Translations under genes and position numbers: made by a program
Assembly: GCF_003918875.1 (NCBI RefSeq)
Contig: NW_025766336.1
Coordinates: 2,604,001-2,668,000, forward strand
From: Haliotis rubra
Lineage: Eukaryota
DNA: 64,000 nt
Direction of reading: 5' to 3'
Shown here: positions 24,773 through 37,913 of the stretch, in pieces
Layout: every line of letters starts with the position of its first letter
Numbering within the stretch: position 1 is the first letter of the stretch
Notes under the pieces: model-generated
The model's input: only the letters and a program-made list of their open reading frames with translations
What the model was told of the DNA's origin: nothing
Database searches by the model: none

Positions 24773-26614
24773 CAAACAATAATCAAACAAACAACATTAG
24801 GTGAGAATGGGCAACGGAGTTGAACAAATACATTTATAGAACCAGGTCTTCAGTGTGAGGAATGAACACTTGCACCACTACGCTACCCACGTTCCTACAT
24901 CTTAGAAGAAACACTAAGGTCATTCGGTACCGGCCATTCGACGTATGTTAGAATAACACGAAAAAACAAGACAGACAAACAATAGGATTACGAGCTTGAA
25001 ATATCGTGTGTTGGTAGGCAACATGGCATTGGTACGGCGAGCTGTGATACACGGTAATGGATATAAACACCAATACACTGTATTAGATGACAGGATCCGG
25101 AGTAATGACCCTACCAAACATTTCAACAGTACTCGTCCGATTTTGGTCGAACGCTCCACAGAAAGGTATTTGAGTTATCGTGTCAGTTATATGCCAAGCG
25201 AGTGAAGTGATGGTCGTGTCATATGATTACGTATTTGGGATCACGGGTAGTTTCAAACAAACCTTGAATCCTAACCAGGGTGAATCTGGGAGTCGAACCC
25301 AGGACCACCAGTTTCTGACACGCCTAAAATCCGTAGCTCCACACGTTGTGAGACCAGAGTTCAGGGTTTGCTCAAGAAATGTATTGACAACAACGTAAAG
25401 CGAAATCGACCCATTTCCCAGGCTAATACTGAAAATACTTTCTACCGCCAAAGTGAAAAGGTTTTCTTATATTCATATTTCCACCATAACCACAGTTCAC
25501 ACTATTAGATATCTACCAACTTGGCAAGTCAAATACAGTTTTAAAACATACGGGTTGCCTCTTAAGCTAAAAGGTCAGCAATACACGACATTGTTGTGCT
25601 AATCACAACTAAACCACACTAAAGGAGAATTACATTTTATCGATGTTGTGACTAATTCTTGATTTATGTGTTTAGCTATCAAATACCTGATAAAATCGTG
25701 GAAGTAAAATGTGAAGAGATCTGTAAAGGAATATTTTATTTCGCACTTAAGCCACTGTAACGCTGCCATGTCATTTGTCTGCCATCACGGCAGTGTACAG
25801 AACTATCAAGTGTATTTAGGTAGAAGTGACACTGGCAATGACTGTCGTTCAAACACCCATAAACGTATCATGGACACCGAGAGATGGGAGGAGANNNNNN
25901 NNNNNNNNNNNNNNNNNNNNNNNNNNNNNNNNNNNNNNNNNNNNNNNNNNNNNNNNNNNNNNNNNNNNNNNNNNNNNNNNNNNNNNNNNNNNNNNNNNNN
26001 NNNNNNNNNNNNNNNNNNNNNNNNNNNNNNNNNNNNNNNNNNNNNNNNNNNNNNNNNNNNNNNNGAGAGCNNNNNNNNNNNNNNNNNNNNNNNNNNNNNN
26101 NNNNNNNNNNNNNNNNNNNNNNNNNNNNNNNNNNNNNNNNNNNNNNNNNNNNNNNNNNNNNNNNNNNNNNNNNNNNNNNNNNNNNNNNNNNNNNNNNNNN
26201 NNNNNNNNNNNNNNNNNNNNNNNNNNNNNNNNNNNNNNNNNNNNNNNAGAGAGCGAGAAAGATGGGGAGAGGGAGGGAGAGAGAGGGAGGGAGGGAGAGA
26301 GGAGAAAAAGAGGGGAGAGAGGGTGGGGAGGAAGAAAGAGAGAGAGTGAGTGTGCATGCCCTCCTGAGCAAAGAGATGGTGGTGAATGATCAAGCTTCAC
26401 AATCAAGGTGCATCTGGAATCGAAGCAAATTGTTAAAAAGTTTACACAAAGATTGTTCTTCAAGTCTTTTAAGACGAACAGCGTTAAACCTCTTAGTTTT
26501 AAGCTACTCAAATTTAATACCGTAAAATATAAACTCATAAGAAATCAAATAAAACAAGAAATATAACAATCGTAAATAAAAAAACACAGTTCAATGTCTA
26601 TTTGTGTATTGCCG

Positions 26615-26858
26615 GACCCGTGAAGGTCCAAGTTAGAATTGATCTTCGGTAACCCATGATTGTCGTAAGAGGCGACTAACGGGATCGGGTGGTCAGGATC
26701 GCTGACTTTGTTGACACATATGTCATCGGTTCCCAATTGCGCAGATCGATGCTCATGCTGTTGATCACTGGATTGTTTGGTTCAGACTCGATTATTTACA
26801 GATATAGCTGGAATATTGCTGAGTGCGGCGTAAAACTAAACTCACTCACTCACTCACT
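26615..26858 (+). mobile_element. SINE family B, full length
   Basis: TSD gtgtattgccg (26604-26614 / 26860-26870) fixes the 5' end at gacccgtgaa. Confidence 0.9.
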
Positions 26859-27980
26859 AGTGTATTGCCGCCATGGAATCCTGTTTGACCTACAATGCTG
26901 TGTAGGTTACACAACACAACTGCCTTGACCGGTTATCGCACTGAAGGAAGGTCGTTTGTTTTGTTTTAACCAATCGCAATGCGTTATCATTAAACAACAG
27001 GCTGTATCGACTACCAGGAGCTTCTCTAGGCCTCCATGTTGTCCTGTTTACACTGAGAAAGTCGCACGTGGTCACCGGAGGAATGGCTATTTATAGAGAG
27101 GACAATCCTCTCTGTGATTTATTTATATGCCCTCCGCCGCTGTAATGACCACAGGTAGCCTCGCAACTCGGTGTAATTCCCCCTTCTATCTCGTTAGAAC
27201 TATCTTCACCTGTAGCTCTCCCTTTCATCTTGCCGCTAACGTCCGGCAGGTGCCCGAAAATATACGACATCGAGACCGTTTTACGGAAGTCGTAAGAAAT
27301 TAGCCGCGACACTTGAGAGTTTACAACTTCGGAATGGTTACAAGATTTCACGTTGTAAGAAGCATGAGTACAGATATAATACCAAGTCGACTGCAAGTAT
27401 TACTTTCTAACCAGTCTTATGATGGGTGAGGTTAATGTTATGGTAGATTTATAGGCACTAAAAAAAACTGCATTTTAATGTAAATTCGGTATTGTCAATA
27501 CCTGGTGCCTTAAGGTGAAATAAAATATGCACCATAAAACAAAAGATCCTTTATTATGAGCGTGTCATGTTACAAAGTACACCGCAACAGCTCGTATTAA
27601 CAGATACAAGGAAGCGTTCCCTGGGGCAGTTGCCCATCTCCGTACTGGGAGGCACTCCAGCAGTTCCACATGACGGGAGCTATAAGCACCACACCGCGTC
27701 AGGTGAGAGAGTTGGTTGATATTCCTCGGAAAATGAACTGAAGGTGTTTTCCCTTTATCGTTAAGAGATGTTGTTTATATATATACGCATAAAATGTCCA
27801 AAATAGTACAGTTGTTCAGTCATAAATATCACATTGATAAATAAACACAGAATGCCTTTGTTTCCATCATGATTCGCTCTTTACTCGTCAGGGAGTACGT
27901 ACACGCACGCACACACGCACGCACGCACACACACACAGAGTTATTCCACAACCACCTAGTTTGCTAGCGAGGCGGCAAGG

Positions 27981-28652
27981 TAGACTCACGCTTAGTCCCT
28001 GAATATATATAATATTTTTATAGAAACAAATCATTCCCTTTAAACTGAAAAAGAGCCCCAGTGAGATGGGGCTGTAGCATAACAGAAAGGGCTGGTCGGG
28101 GAGTATCCTTGCTCCAAGGCTGTGTTGAATGCTAAGCCAATGGGTGTATAGTAATTTTATCCTTTAAAGAGGTAAGTCTATTAGCGGACTGTACGGACGC
28201 CAGTTTGTTAGAGGAATATTTATATATTTTAGAATTTATCGTTTAAACTATTAATTATTACCTTAGAGACTCATGCAAGTCTAGGCGGGAGGGGAAAATG
28301 CGGTTCAATGAGTGAGTGAGTATAGTTTTACGCCGCATTCAGCAATATTCCAGCTACATGGCGGCGGTCTGTAAATAATCGAGTCTGGACCAAACAATCC
28401 AGTGATCAACATCATGAGCATCGATCTGCGCAATTGGGATACGATGACATGTGTCAACCAAGCCAGCGAGCCTGACCACCCGATCCCGTTAGTCGCCTCT
28501 TACGACAAGCATGGGTTACTGAAGGTTCATTCTAACCCGGACCTTCACGGGTCCGGCAATACACAAATAAACATTAAACTGTGTTCATTTATTTACGATT
28601 GTTATATTTCTTGTACGGGAATAATACGGGTCAGGGACTGTGAGGCAGACTA
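27981..28652. mobile_element. Academ-like element interrupted by a ~510-bp insert (~28104-28613)
   Basis: Starts tagactcacgcttagtccctgaat and ends gcagacta; both ends align to 36732-36930; decayed TSD gcggcaagg / caggcacgg (6 of 9 match). Confidence 0.6.
28309..28553 (-). mobile_element. SINE family B
   Basis: Full-length match to the family. Confidence 0.9.
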
Positions 28653-30274
28653 CAGGCACGGGGAAGCCAGTCGTCTATGGCATCGTAATTCGCTGTGCAG
28701 AGTTGCGTTTCTTGGGTACCAGAGAATTCTCTTATCGTGGGTTCGAACACCATTGAAGCTGACACGTCGGGACCATCGTAACAACTGGAATACTGCTAAA
28801 ACAGCGTTAAACCCATCTCACTCACTCACTCGCCAAATTAAATTTGCTAAAATTGCATACTCCTTTTGAAAAAATAAAAACACCGAACGAAACATTTAAT
28901 ATACCCTCAGTTTCACATCATTGGTTTCTAATTCGTACAACAAACACTGCATTAACTACAAATAATGGGACATGTCTATGAATGTCTATGAAGTCTTCAT
29001 CCGGGTCACTTTAATGGTGTCACCGGGGGCTTCTCTGCAGCTATTATCAGATCAGGCGACCACAGTCTCGTTTCTGTAACTGTTCAGTTTCAACAGTACA
29101 CAAGATATATGTTGATCTGATGGAACGACCGGAATGATTCATACTTTTTTGAGAAATTTCTTAATGCTGGTGATTTGAAGGACATTGACCTGAATCGCAT
29201 CTCGGTGCAAAGTACTTGATCAATTGTCACGTGACATCTCTGCCGCGGGTGATGTTGGAAGTAGCTGTTTCAATCCCCAAAAACCTGCATCACGATTTCG
29301 CGAGTTGAAATTATTTGCAATTACAAAAAATATGATTACCTCACGACCGCTTCTTGCCCTGAAATATCAATGCTTCCTGCGCATGGTGATTATGACTGGT
29401 TATTATTCGGGATTACGACGTCACCAGTGATGCCTGTGACGCCCTTACTTGGGGTCACCACATCCACGTCCCGAGGGGATATAACGCTCTGATTGGCTCA
29501 AACCTCTTTGATGTGGACAGGTATATCGCGACATTTAGCTTTATTGATGTGTCACCGTTTTTCGTAAAGTGTATCACACGTATAGCATTTACCCGAGAAA
29601 ACGTCTTTATGTTTTGACGACAGTGGTGACACAGACTCAGTGATCCATCACGTGTACGTTATTAAGTTCATGAAAAACTGACATCAAATACATAAACACA
29701 CATGTACGTCATACACACGCGTTACTTAAAAATGTGAAGGAAGAATTATATTGATAGTTCACGTGTTGTCAACATACACGTTAATGACGTCAAATAGTAT
29801 TTGTATGTGACAGGAATCATACCCGCAAAACGGTAACAGTTGATAAATCAGGGTACAAGTACATTTGTTTAACCTCTGTAGTTTTGAGATTGATGTTCAG
29901 GTTATGAAAATAGCAAATAAAATTCATATATTGATGTTTAGGTTTTAAGTAATACCACTTCCAACGTGTTTGTACTGAAACCTCTCTGCCGCAAGGGGAA
30001 ACACAAATGAACGTTAACGTCCGTTGGAAGTCGAACCAGATTACCTTGGATACTCGAAGACGCGATGATGTTATAACACTAGATTTCTAAAGGTCTCCAT
30101 ACAAATGCAACGAAAGGAAGATAAGAAACTATATATATAAATATATATTTGTAAAGTAAAAGAAAGATATGAAACCAATCTATTTTAGTGATGTCGTAAT
30201 AAGCGTTTTAGTCGTACACAATGACGTTAGAGTCGTACACCATGATCGTCTTGAGTTTGGCTCATAATGGTACA

Positions 30275-30427
30275 GGGCGGCGGTGTAGCCTTGTGGTTAA
30301 AGCATTCGCTCGTCACGCCGCAGACCCGAGTTCGATTCCCCACATGGGTATAATATGTGAAGCACATATCCGCCGTGATATTGCTGGAATATTCCTAAAA
30401 GCGGCGTAAAACCATACTCACTCACCC
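30275..30427 (+). mobile_element. SINE family A
   Basis: TSD cataatgg. Confidence 0.85.
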
Positions 30428-30599
30428 ATAATGGCGTGGGGTGGTATGACGCTGAACTATGAACGTCATACTGTCCACGGCAGAGTCACGAGTCAATACT
30501 ATTGGCATAACATCATTGCAACATCAGTGGTGCCTTTTGCAATATAGTGTTGTGCAACGTTTCATCTGTCAAGGTGATAATGCACATACCCATGCATGT

Positions 30600-31458
30600 C
30601 CCCCCGTGAACATTCGGGTTAGAATTGGTCTTCAGCAACCCATGCTTGTCTCCCCGTGAACATTCGGGTTAGAATTGGTCTTCAGCAACCCATGCTTGTC
30701 CCCCGTGAACATTCGGGTTAGAATTGGTCTTCAGCAACCAATGCTTGTCTCCCCGTGAACATTCGGGTTAGAATTAGTCTTCAGCAACCCATGCTTGTCC
30801 CCCCGTGAACATTCGGGTTAGAATTGGTCTTCAGCAACCCATGCTTGTCCCCGTGAACATTCGGGTTAGAATTGGTCTTCAGCAACCCATGCTTGTCCCC
30901 CGTGAACATCCGGGTTAGAGTTGGTCTTCAGCAACCAATGCTTGTCCCCCGTGAACATCCGGGTTAGAATTGGTCTTCAGCAACCCATGCTTGTCCCCCG
31001 TGAACATTCGGGTTAGAATTGGTCTTCAGCAACCCATGCTTGTCCCCGTGAACATTCGGGTTAGAATTGGTCTTCAGCAACCCATGCTTGTCTCCCCGTG
31101 AACATTCGGGTTAGAATTAGTCTTCAGCAACCAATGCTTGTCTCCCCGTGAACATTCGGGTTAGAATTGGTCTTCAGCAACCCATGCTTGTCCCCCGTGA
31201 ACATTCGGGTTAGAATTAGTCTTCAGCAACCCATGCTTGTCCCCCCGTGAACATTCGGGTAGAATTGGTCTTCAGCAACCCATGCTTGTCCCCCGTGAAC
31301 ATTCGGGTTAGAATTGGTCTTCAGCAACCCATGCTTGTCTCCCCGTGAACAATCGGGTTAGAATTGGTCTTCAGCAACCCATGCTTGTCCCCCCGTGAAC
31401 AATCGGGTTAGAATTGGTCTTCAGCAACCCATGCTTGTCGTAAGAGGCGACTAACGGG
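30600..31458 (+). repeat. ~49-bp satellite, ~17 copies, derived from the 5' end of SINE family B
   Basis: Unit (c)nccgtgaacattcgggttagaattggtcttcagcaacccatgcttgt; the last unit runs on into cgtaagaggcgactaacggg. Confidence 0.95.
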
Positions 31459-31604
31459 TATTTGAGTTTGGGCTAAACAATGGTTCATATTATGAGCAAC
31501 TGTACATGATGACATGCACCATCAGTAAGAACCAGATTGCTTGACCTCGATGTTTTTACATTGCCTCCGGGTTAGAATCGATCTTCAGTAACCCATGCCT
31601 GTCT

Positions 31605-31853
31605 CCCCGTGAAGACCAGAGTTGGAACTTGTCTTCAGTAACCCATGCTTGTCGTATGAGGCGACTAACGGGATCGGGTGGCTAGGCTTGCTGACTTGGT
31701 CGACATATGTCATCGTATCCCAGTTGCGAAGATCGATGCTCATGCTGTTGATCACTGGGTTGTCTGGCTTAGACTCGATTATTTACAGACCGCCGCCATA
31801 TAGCTGGAATATTGCTGAGTGCGGCGTTAAACAACAACCAACCAACCAACCAA
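31605..31853 (+). mobile_element. SINE family B
   Basis: Full-length match with (caac)n tail. Another copy at 33160-33370 and a 3' fragment at 36205-36335. Confidence 0.88.
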
Positions 31854-34511
31854 TCTATTAAACAGATCTGGGGCGTCTTTGACTGACGTGAGTATCAACG
31901 TCAAACTCGCAATGAACTTCATGTTCCTGTCACTGGTGTGTGGGAAAAATACATGAGAGACGATGACATTGGTCTCCTCATCAGAAACATGCTTCGAAGA
32001 ATTCGCGCATGCCTGGTTAACAGAGGTTGCTTTTAACCCATATTAGTGACGTAGGCTGCAAAACGCTAATGACCTAGAGCACCACCAACTCAGAACAACC
32101 ATTAAAACCCTCTAGATCTGATTGCCTACTCCTCAGCAGATATGATCTTATCATTCCCATTTCACAACACTATGTATCGTGATGATTCCCAGCATCCCCT
32201 ACTTGTTTGGCACAGTGTATATACATTTCACACAGGGTGTATCCTTTACCTCTGTACATGTCCAAAGTTTCAATCAGGAAATAACACCTAACATTCATTA
32301 CTTTCATTAAAGTTGTTACATCATACTTATATGGTCAAACATTTTGTTCTGGGGATGTAGGGGGTGGGGTCATTCACATTGTAGATGCTTCTCCATAAAA
32401 GTCATCACCCCCAACCCACCGCCCTAGCCATAAATCATGAACGGTCCCTAAGACGGAAATTAACGAATAACATAAAATAATATAAGTAAACGAAAAACAA
32501 GGCAAACTTTGACCATGCTCGTTTAAAAACATTCTGTAGAAGCCAACCACGAGGGGAACATACAGACAACGATGACTGGTGTAAGTACACACGAGTGCTC
32601 GAGTGGACACGGAGTATGGGGCACGGGAAGTCCCCCTTTGCTGTGTGTGGGGCAAACACTGTGTGGGACAAACACTGGAGACGGGGCAGGAGACAGGTCA
32701 GCGTGTTGGGCATCTTGCACTGTTATTGGCATTGATACCGAGAAGGTAATAGCAGATCGGGACGTTAACAGCACGGCTGAGGCTAATGTCTTCCTGTTGT
32801 GAGGACTGGGTTTGTTCTGTGCACGTTACAAACACAGTGTGAATGAAGATGTTTACCCGCAGGTCTCAGGTCACAGTTGTTTTCTACGTTGATAAATCTC
32901 ACTTTTTGGTGCATTTAGAAAAAAATAACATATTTATGCCGAGCATGTAAACATGGGTGTACTTTTATCACTGAGTAAGTGTTGTTCTGACACAAGTGAC
33001 ATTTTCAAGCTAAATGACATTACAAAATTTATGTTTCATCATCATCATTAGATTAAAATAAAAGAGTGCAGCCAATCTGATCCTGGCACATCATATAAGT
33101 TACAATTCTACATATGGAACATTTTGCCAGATTTGCAATTGACCTTCACATAACTGTGGAGTTAAAATTGGTATTCAGCAACCCATGCTTGTAGTAAGAG
33201 TCGACTAACGGAATCGGATGGTCTGGCTCGCTGACTTGGTTGACACATATCATCGGTTCCCAGATGACCATGCTGTTGATCACTGGATTGCCAGGTCCAG
33301 ACTCGTTTATTTACAGACCGACGCCATATAGCTGGAATATTGCTGAGTGTGGAGTAAACAACAACTAAACCAGGCAACACTGCATACCACAGGGACACGC
33401 CAGTTCTCGTGACTACCAAGAAAGATAAGCTCTGAACTCTTTATATCATACACTAACGAAACAGAGGCAAGAACTATTCCACCATGTCTCCACCCGGCCA
33501 CGGGAACCGACAGGTGAGACATTCACCTGTTGTAACCTATTTCCGAAGTACACTAGAGTCATTCATATCGCTTCCGTTCCCACACCCACCAGCACTCATT
33601 ATCTCGTATATTATACATGGGTTTCCGTTAACGAGATTATCATAATAAAACCTTCAATTTGAAGGGTCAAATTTACAGCATGCAAGACACGTTAAAACAG
33701 CAATGGCTATGTAATACATGCAACGTGTATCTTCACATAAAAACAGTTTATTCGCAAAAAATATAATCTTTTCGTAAACAGTGATTCTTCTAAACTTCTA
33801 GATTCATATTATTCAGGACTGACTGAGTGAATAATATATTAAAGCAACAAAGAAAGTCCAAGAAAACTAATACATCTAACAAAACATCTAAAACACACAC
33901 ACAAACAACAACAAACGAAACCAGCAACTCAACAACAAAGAAAATAAAAACAAAACAAAGCAAACAGGAATATTTAACGGTGGGTCTTAAAAAAGAACAT
34001 AGTGTTCTATATACAGAAGATCAGGCGTTAGATAAGCTTTGAGAGTTGTATTCAGAAGGGTTTCGCCGTGTTTATAATAAGGAATGGCTTATCTAATTCT
34101 GCCTTCTGTTGTGGGAGTGTGCGTCTTATCGGTAGGTCAATGCCGTCATCTGAAGTCAATTCCAAACATGAGAGTGGGTGAGTAAGTGAGTGAGTGATTT
34201 CGGTTAAACGCCGCTTGGAACATTATTCCTGTTACATCATCGCGCGTCAGCTTACTGTGGGATGAAAGCCCGTAGTGATGCAAGTCTCACACGTTTACCA
34301 TTTTCAGAAAACCCAGGAACATGGGTATGGTCCTGACAAACCTTGAAACATGACGGTGGTGACCAGGGATTCGAACCAAAGATCATAGGTGTCTGGCGTG
34401 CCCAAGGTAGGCAACTCTAATAGGGTTCCCTGTGCGTCCAGGAAACGCGAATTTCCTCAGGTTATACCTCTCGTCCTTCCATGCCCTAAAATCAAAACAC
34501 AATGTGAGAAA

Positions 34512-34661
34512 TGACTGACTGAGTTTTTAGCAATATTCCAGCAATATCTCGGCGGGGAACACCAGAAATGGGCTTCACACATTGTGCCCATGTGGGGAAT
34601 CGAACCCGGGTCTTCGGCGTGACGAGCCAACGCTTTAACCACTAGGCTACCCCACCGACCC
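34512..34661 (-). mobile_element. SINE family A
   Basis: TSD tgtgagaaatga. Confidence 0.88.
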
Positions 34662-35724
34662 TGTGAGAAATGAAGGACAGAAACAATTTCCATATATTGT
34701 AACATGTATGCAATGACAGGTATTAAAGGTACCACTACCCACTGAGTTGAAGAATATTATATAAGACAATGTTTTATGACATGTTGTCCAACTTTGGTGA
34801 AGACGTTGTAGCTAGTGTCGCCAAGCACACTATACTGAAATGAAATCAAAACACAGTCTGGGTTTAAGTCAGTGTTACACACGGACCCTCGAAGCAGTGG
34901 GATATGTGCGACATAGGGGGCGCTTTACACTGACACCATACGTATAAACGTGATTGACAACCATTGTCGACAAAACCCGCAAACACTTCCGCCTATGGCG
35001 GAAATTGCCGAAGTGCTGCTGAGTGGTAGAGCCCCCGATTGCGGCATGTCGTAACGAGGTTACGCCTCCCATAACTGTCTCCATTAAGTCATTACTGTGC
35101 GTCACAAGGCGGCACGACTATGCGCTTTTCAGTATATGTCCCGTGTATACATATTATGTCTAGCCGTATAGAAGACACTCGAGAACAAATATGCTTTAAA
35201 CACATTAACGCTGAATCTATATTACCATGAAGTGTAGTGAATGGGCATCGACACTCAACATTCAACACTGAGATAACCATGTATCCTATCTTTGATCCTA
35301 GATGCATCTGCCAACAGCGTGTCGCTGCCTAGTCTGGCAACTATTGAGACTAGCCTTTCTGTTCAGAATCCTATCATATTTCACCACATTGTGTAGAACA
35401 GTGTTTGTCAATTTGGCTTTAGATAGAAAACATTAGATAAATATATTGGAGTTTACTTTCTCCACACAGCCACAATCTATCTATCGTTACAACATGACAC
35501 TTGCAGACACTTTTACAGCTTTTTGTTTCAGTTTGAGGAATAAATGTCTGAGACGATTCATGGCTGGGCGTACATACCTACATGAAGTGAATTTGTGAAA
35601 TATAAAGACAAGATGGATGACTTGAATGGATGGACAAGCTGGCTGTGCTTGCGTCCAATTTTACCCGTAGTCCAGTGTGTGAGTAAGAGAGTGAGTGAGT
35701 ATGGTTTTACGCCGCTTTTAGCAA

Positions 35725-36101
35725 GAGGTGAGTAGAGGTGAGGTTAGGTGAGGTGAGGCAAAATTGGGTTTAACGTGCTTGAGAATATTGCGCTCATATG
35801 ACGACGTGCATGCGTGTGTATGTGTATGTGCGGCTGCTTGTACTAGCCCAGACTGAAGCTGGTTTTATAGTGCTAGCCCACTGAGATACCATGATGCAGT
35901 GAAGCATGAATACCCCACTCAGACACATTATACTGACTCCGAGCCGACCAGTCCTTGTTGTACCCATTAATGCCGAGCGCCAGGCAGGGACCAACAAGTA
36001 CCATATTTTAACGTCTTTTGGTATGACGCTGTCAGGGGGTCGAACCCGCGACCTTCCGCTCTACGGGCGGACGCTCTAACCACTACACCACGGAGGCGGT
36101 C
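35725..36101 (-). mobile_element. tRNA-headed V-domain SINE
   Basis: Head gaccgcctccgtggtgtagtggttagagcg..gggttcgaccc; body ggactggtcggctcggagtcagtataatgtgtctgagtgg..cagtgggctagcactataaaa resembles mollusc V-SINEs (from recall); (cctca)n tail. Confidence 0.75.
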
Positions 36102-36731
36102 AGTGAGTGAGTGAACCGCGTTTCAACAACATATCAGTTTGCGTGTCAGTTTCACCCAGGAGGAACCACAACGTGATGGAGATGTCAGTCGTTTACCTCT
36201 CCAGTGAAGTACATCGATGCTCATGATGTTGATCACTGGATTGCCTGTTCCAGACTCGATTATTTACATAACGGCGCAATATAGCTGGACTATTGCTGAG
36301 TGCGGAGTGAAACTAAACTCACTCACTCACTTACTCACCTCTTCAGTGGAAACTTAAGAGCGAGGATATGGTGCTGACAAACTTACAAACATAATCGTGG
36401 CAAACCGGTATTCGAACCAACGATCACAGGTTTCGGGTGTGTCCAAGGGAAGCATCTCAACAGTAAATTGCGGCACCTTATTTGCAGTCTCGGTCACCCG
36501 CATCGGTTTGCTGCTGACAAAGCTAAAACATTCTCCGTTAACACACCGATTCGGGCCAGTATGTGCTGCATATACAACGGAAAATCCATTCCCATTGAAC
36601 AGACGACTGCAGCTGAGTGTGACGCGATGCACGGCGACGCCCTACTGCTTTCGTCCGTGCACCGAGACTCGACAAATAAACTAATTCACACTTTTCACGA
36701 ACAAACCACCCACGGACTGCACGGATTATGC

Positions 36732-36930
36732 ACGGACTAATGCTTAGTGTCTGAATATATATAATTTTGATAGTAACAAACAAGCCCATTTAAATTGAAA
36801 AGGAGCCCCAGAGAGACCAGAGATTCAGCGCCTGAGGAAATCTAGACTTGCTTTATTCAGGGCTTTAGCACTGCAGAGAGGGCTTGGCAGTAGGGAAAAT
36901 AATGTGGTTCAGGGACTGTGAGACAGACTA
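36732..36930. mobile_element. Non-autonomous Academ(H)-like element, related subfamily
   Basis: Ends cagacta; 9-bp TSD ggattatgc (36723-36731 / 36931-36939); shares aaaggagccc and gaggaaatctagacttgc blocks with the other copies. Confidence 0.72.
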
Positions 36931-37849
36931 GGATTATGCTTCCGGCGACAAATGTCAAGTCGCGATTCTTTTGTGAAGTGTACTAAACGAAAACGAGTGT
37001 TTCTTGTAATTCTTCGGATGTTTTCTGACAGAACATATATTTCGAGTGGCCAGTAATTTTCAGCGTCTGCAAGCGTCCACTGCACCAACTGACCTCGGTC
37101 CCGCCCGACATAACTTGACATTCGTCGCAACGTGTAGAGTACAAATTTACCTCGTGTGGTTCAGCCAACATGGGATCTCAGACGTAACAGCGTAACCTCA
37201 CAATAAAATATGTGTTTTTGTAATAGAACAAACTATCTTGACTATCTCACAGGTACGTCATGAGAATGCGGAATCAAATTTCAAATATTGATTGAAATAC
37301 ACTATACGTATTATGTCTAAGTATGTAAAAAATATATATAGAAAAAAAAACACATAAAGTGCATTTATTGCTGAAAGATGAATTCTCAGTGAGTTTGTTT
37401 TCGCCACTTTTAACAATATTCAATACTTCACGATATGATGACACGGGAGATGAGATCCAAGCGGATTTCACACATTGTACCCATGTAGGGAATCGAAACG
37501 AGCCTTCTGTGTGACAACAGATGACTTTAACAACTGGGCTACCCAACCACCCCTTTGCTTCTGTAGTATGGTAGTCTTTACACTCCTTCAGTTGGTAGGT
37601 TTTATGTGTTGTAAAACCACCGTATGCAGGATTTACTCGTGAGAATTGATCGTTAAAAAATGTTAAATACCATTGCCCAAAACAGGTGCCCAACGCTTAA
37701 TTTGTTTAAAATACGATCAAATTAACAAAATTAAGAACAGAGGGAGGGGGGTGGGGGGTGGCAGGAGAGGAGATGGAGAGAGAGGGGGAGGGAGAGAGAG
37801 AATCGCACACACTGGCACTGGCACAAGCACACGGACCCACACCACCACC

Positions 37850-37908
<59 letters not shown>
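37850..37908. repeat. (CT)n(CA)n microsatellite; others at 2160-2207 (ATC)n, 26248-26345 GA-rich, 46568-46620 (CA)n
   Basis: Direct reading. Confidence 0.95.

Positions 37909-37913
<5 letters not shown>

Noticed and set aside
25711-26538. Long ORFs in six frames (also at 8803-9432, 18762-19136, 23295-23852)
   Set aside because: Artefacts of N-gaps and simple repeats.
30600-31458. CRISPR-like array
   Set aside because: Units are contiguous with no unique spacers and there are no cas genes; the unit is SINE-derived.
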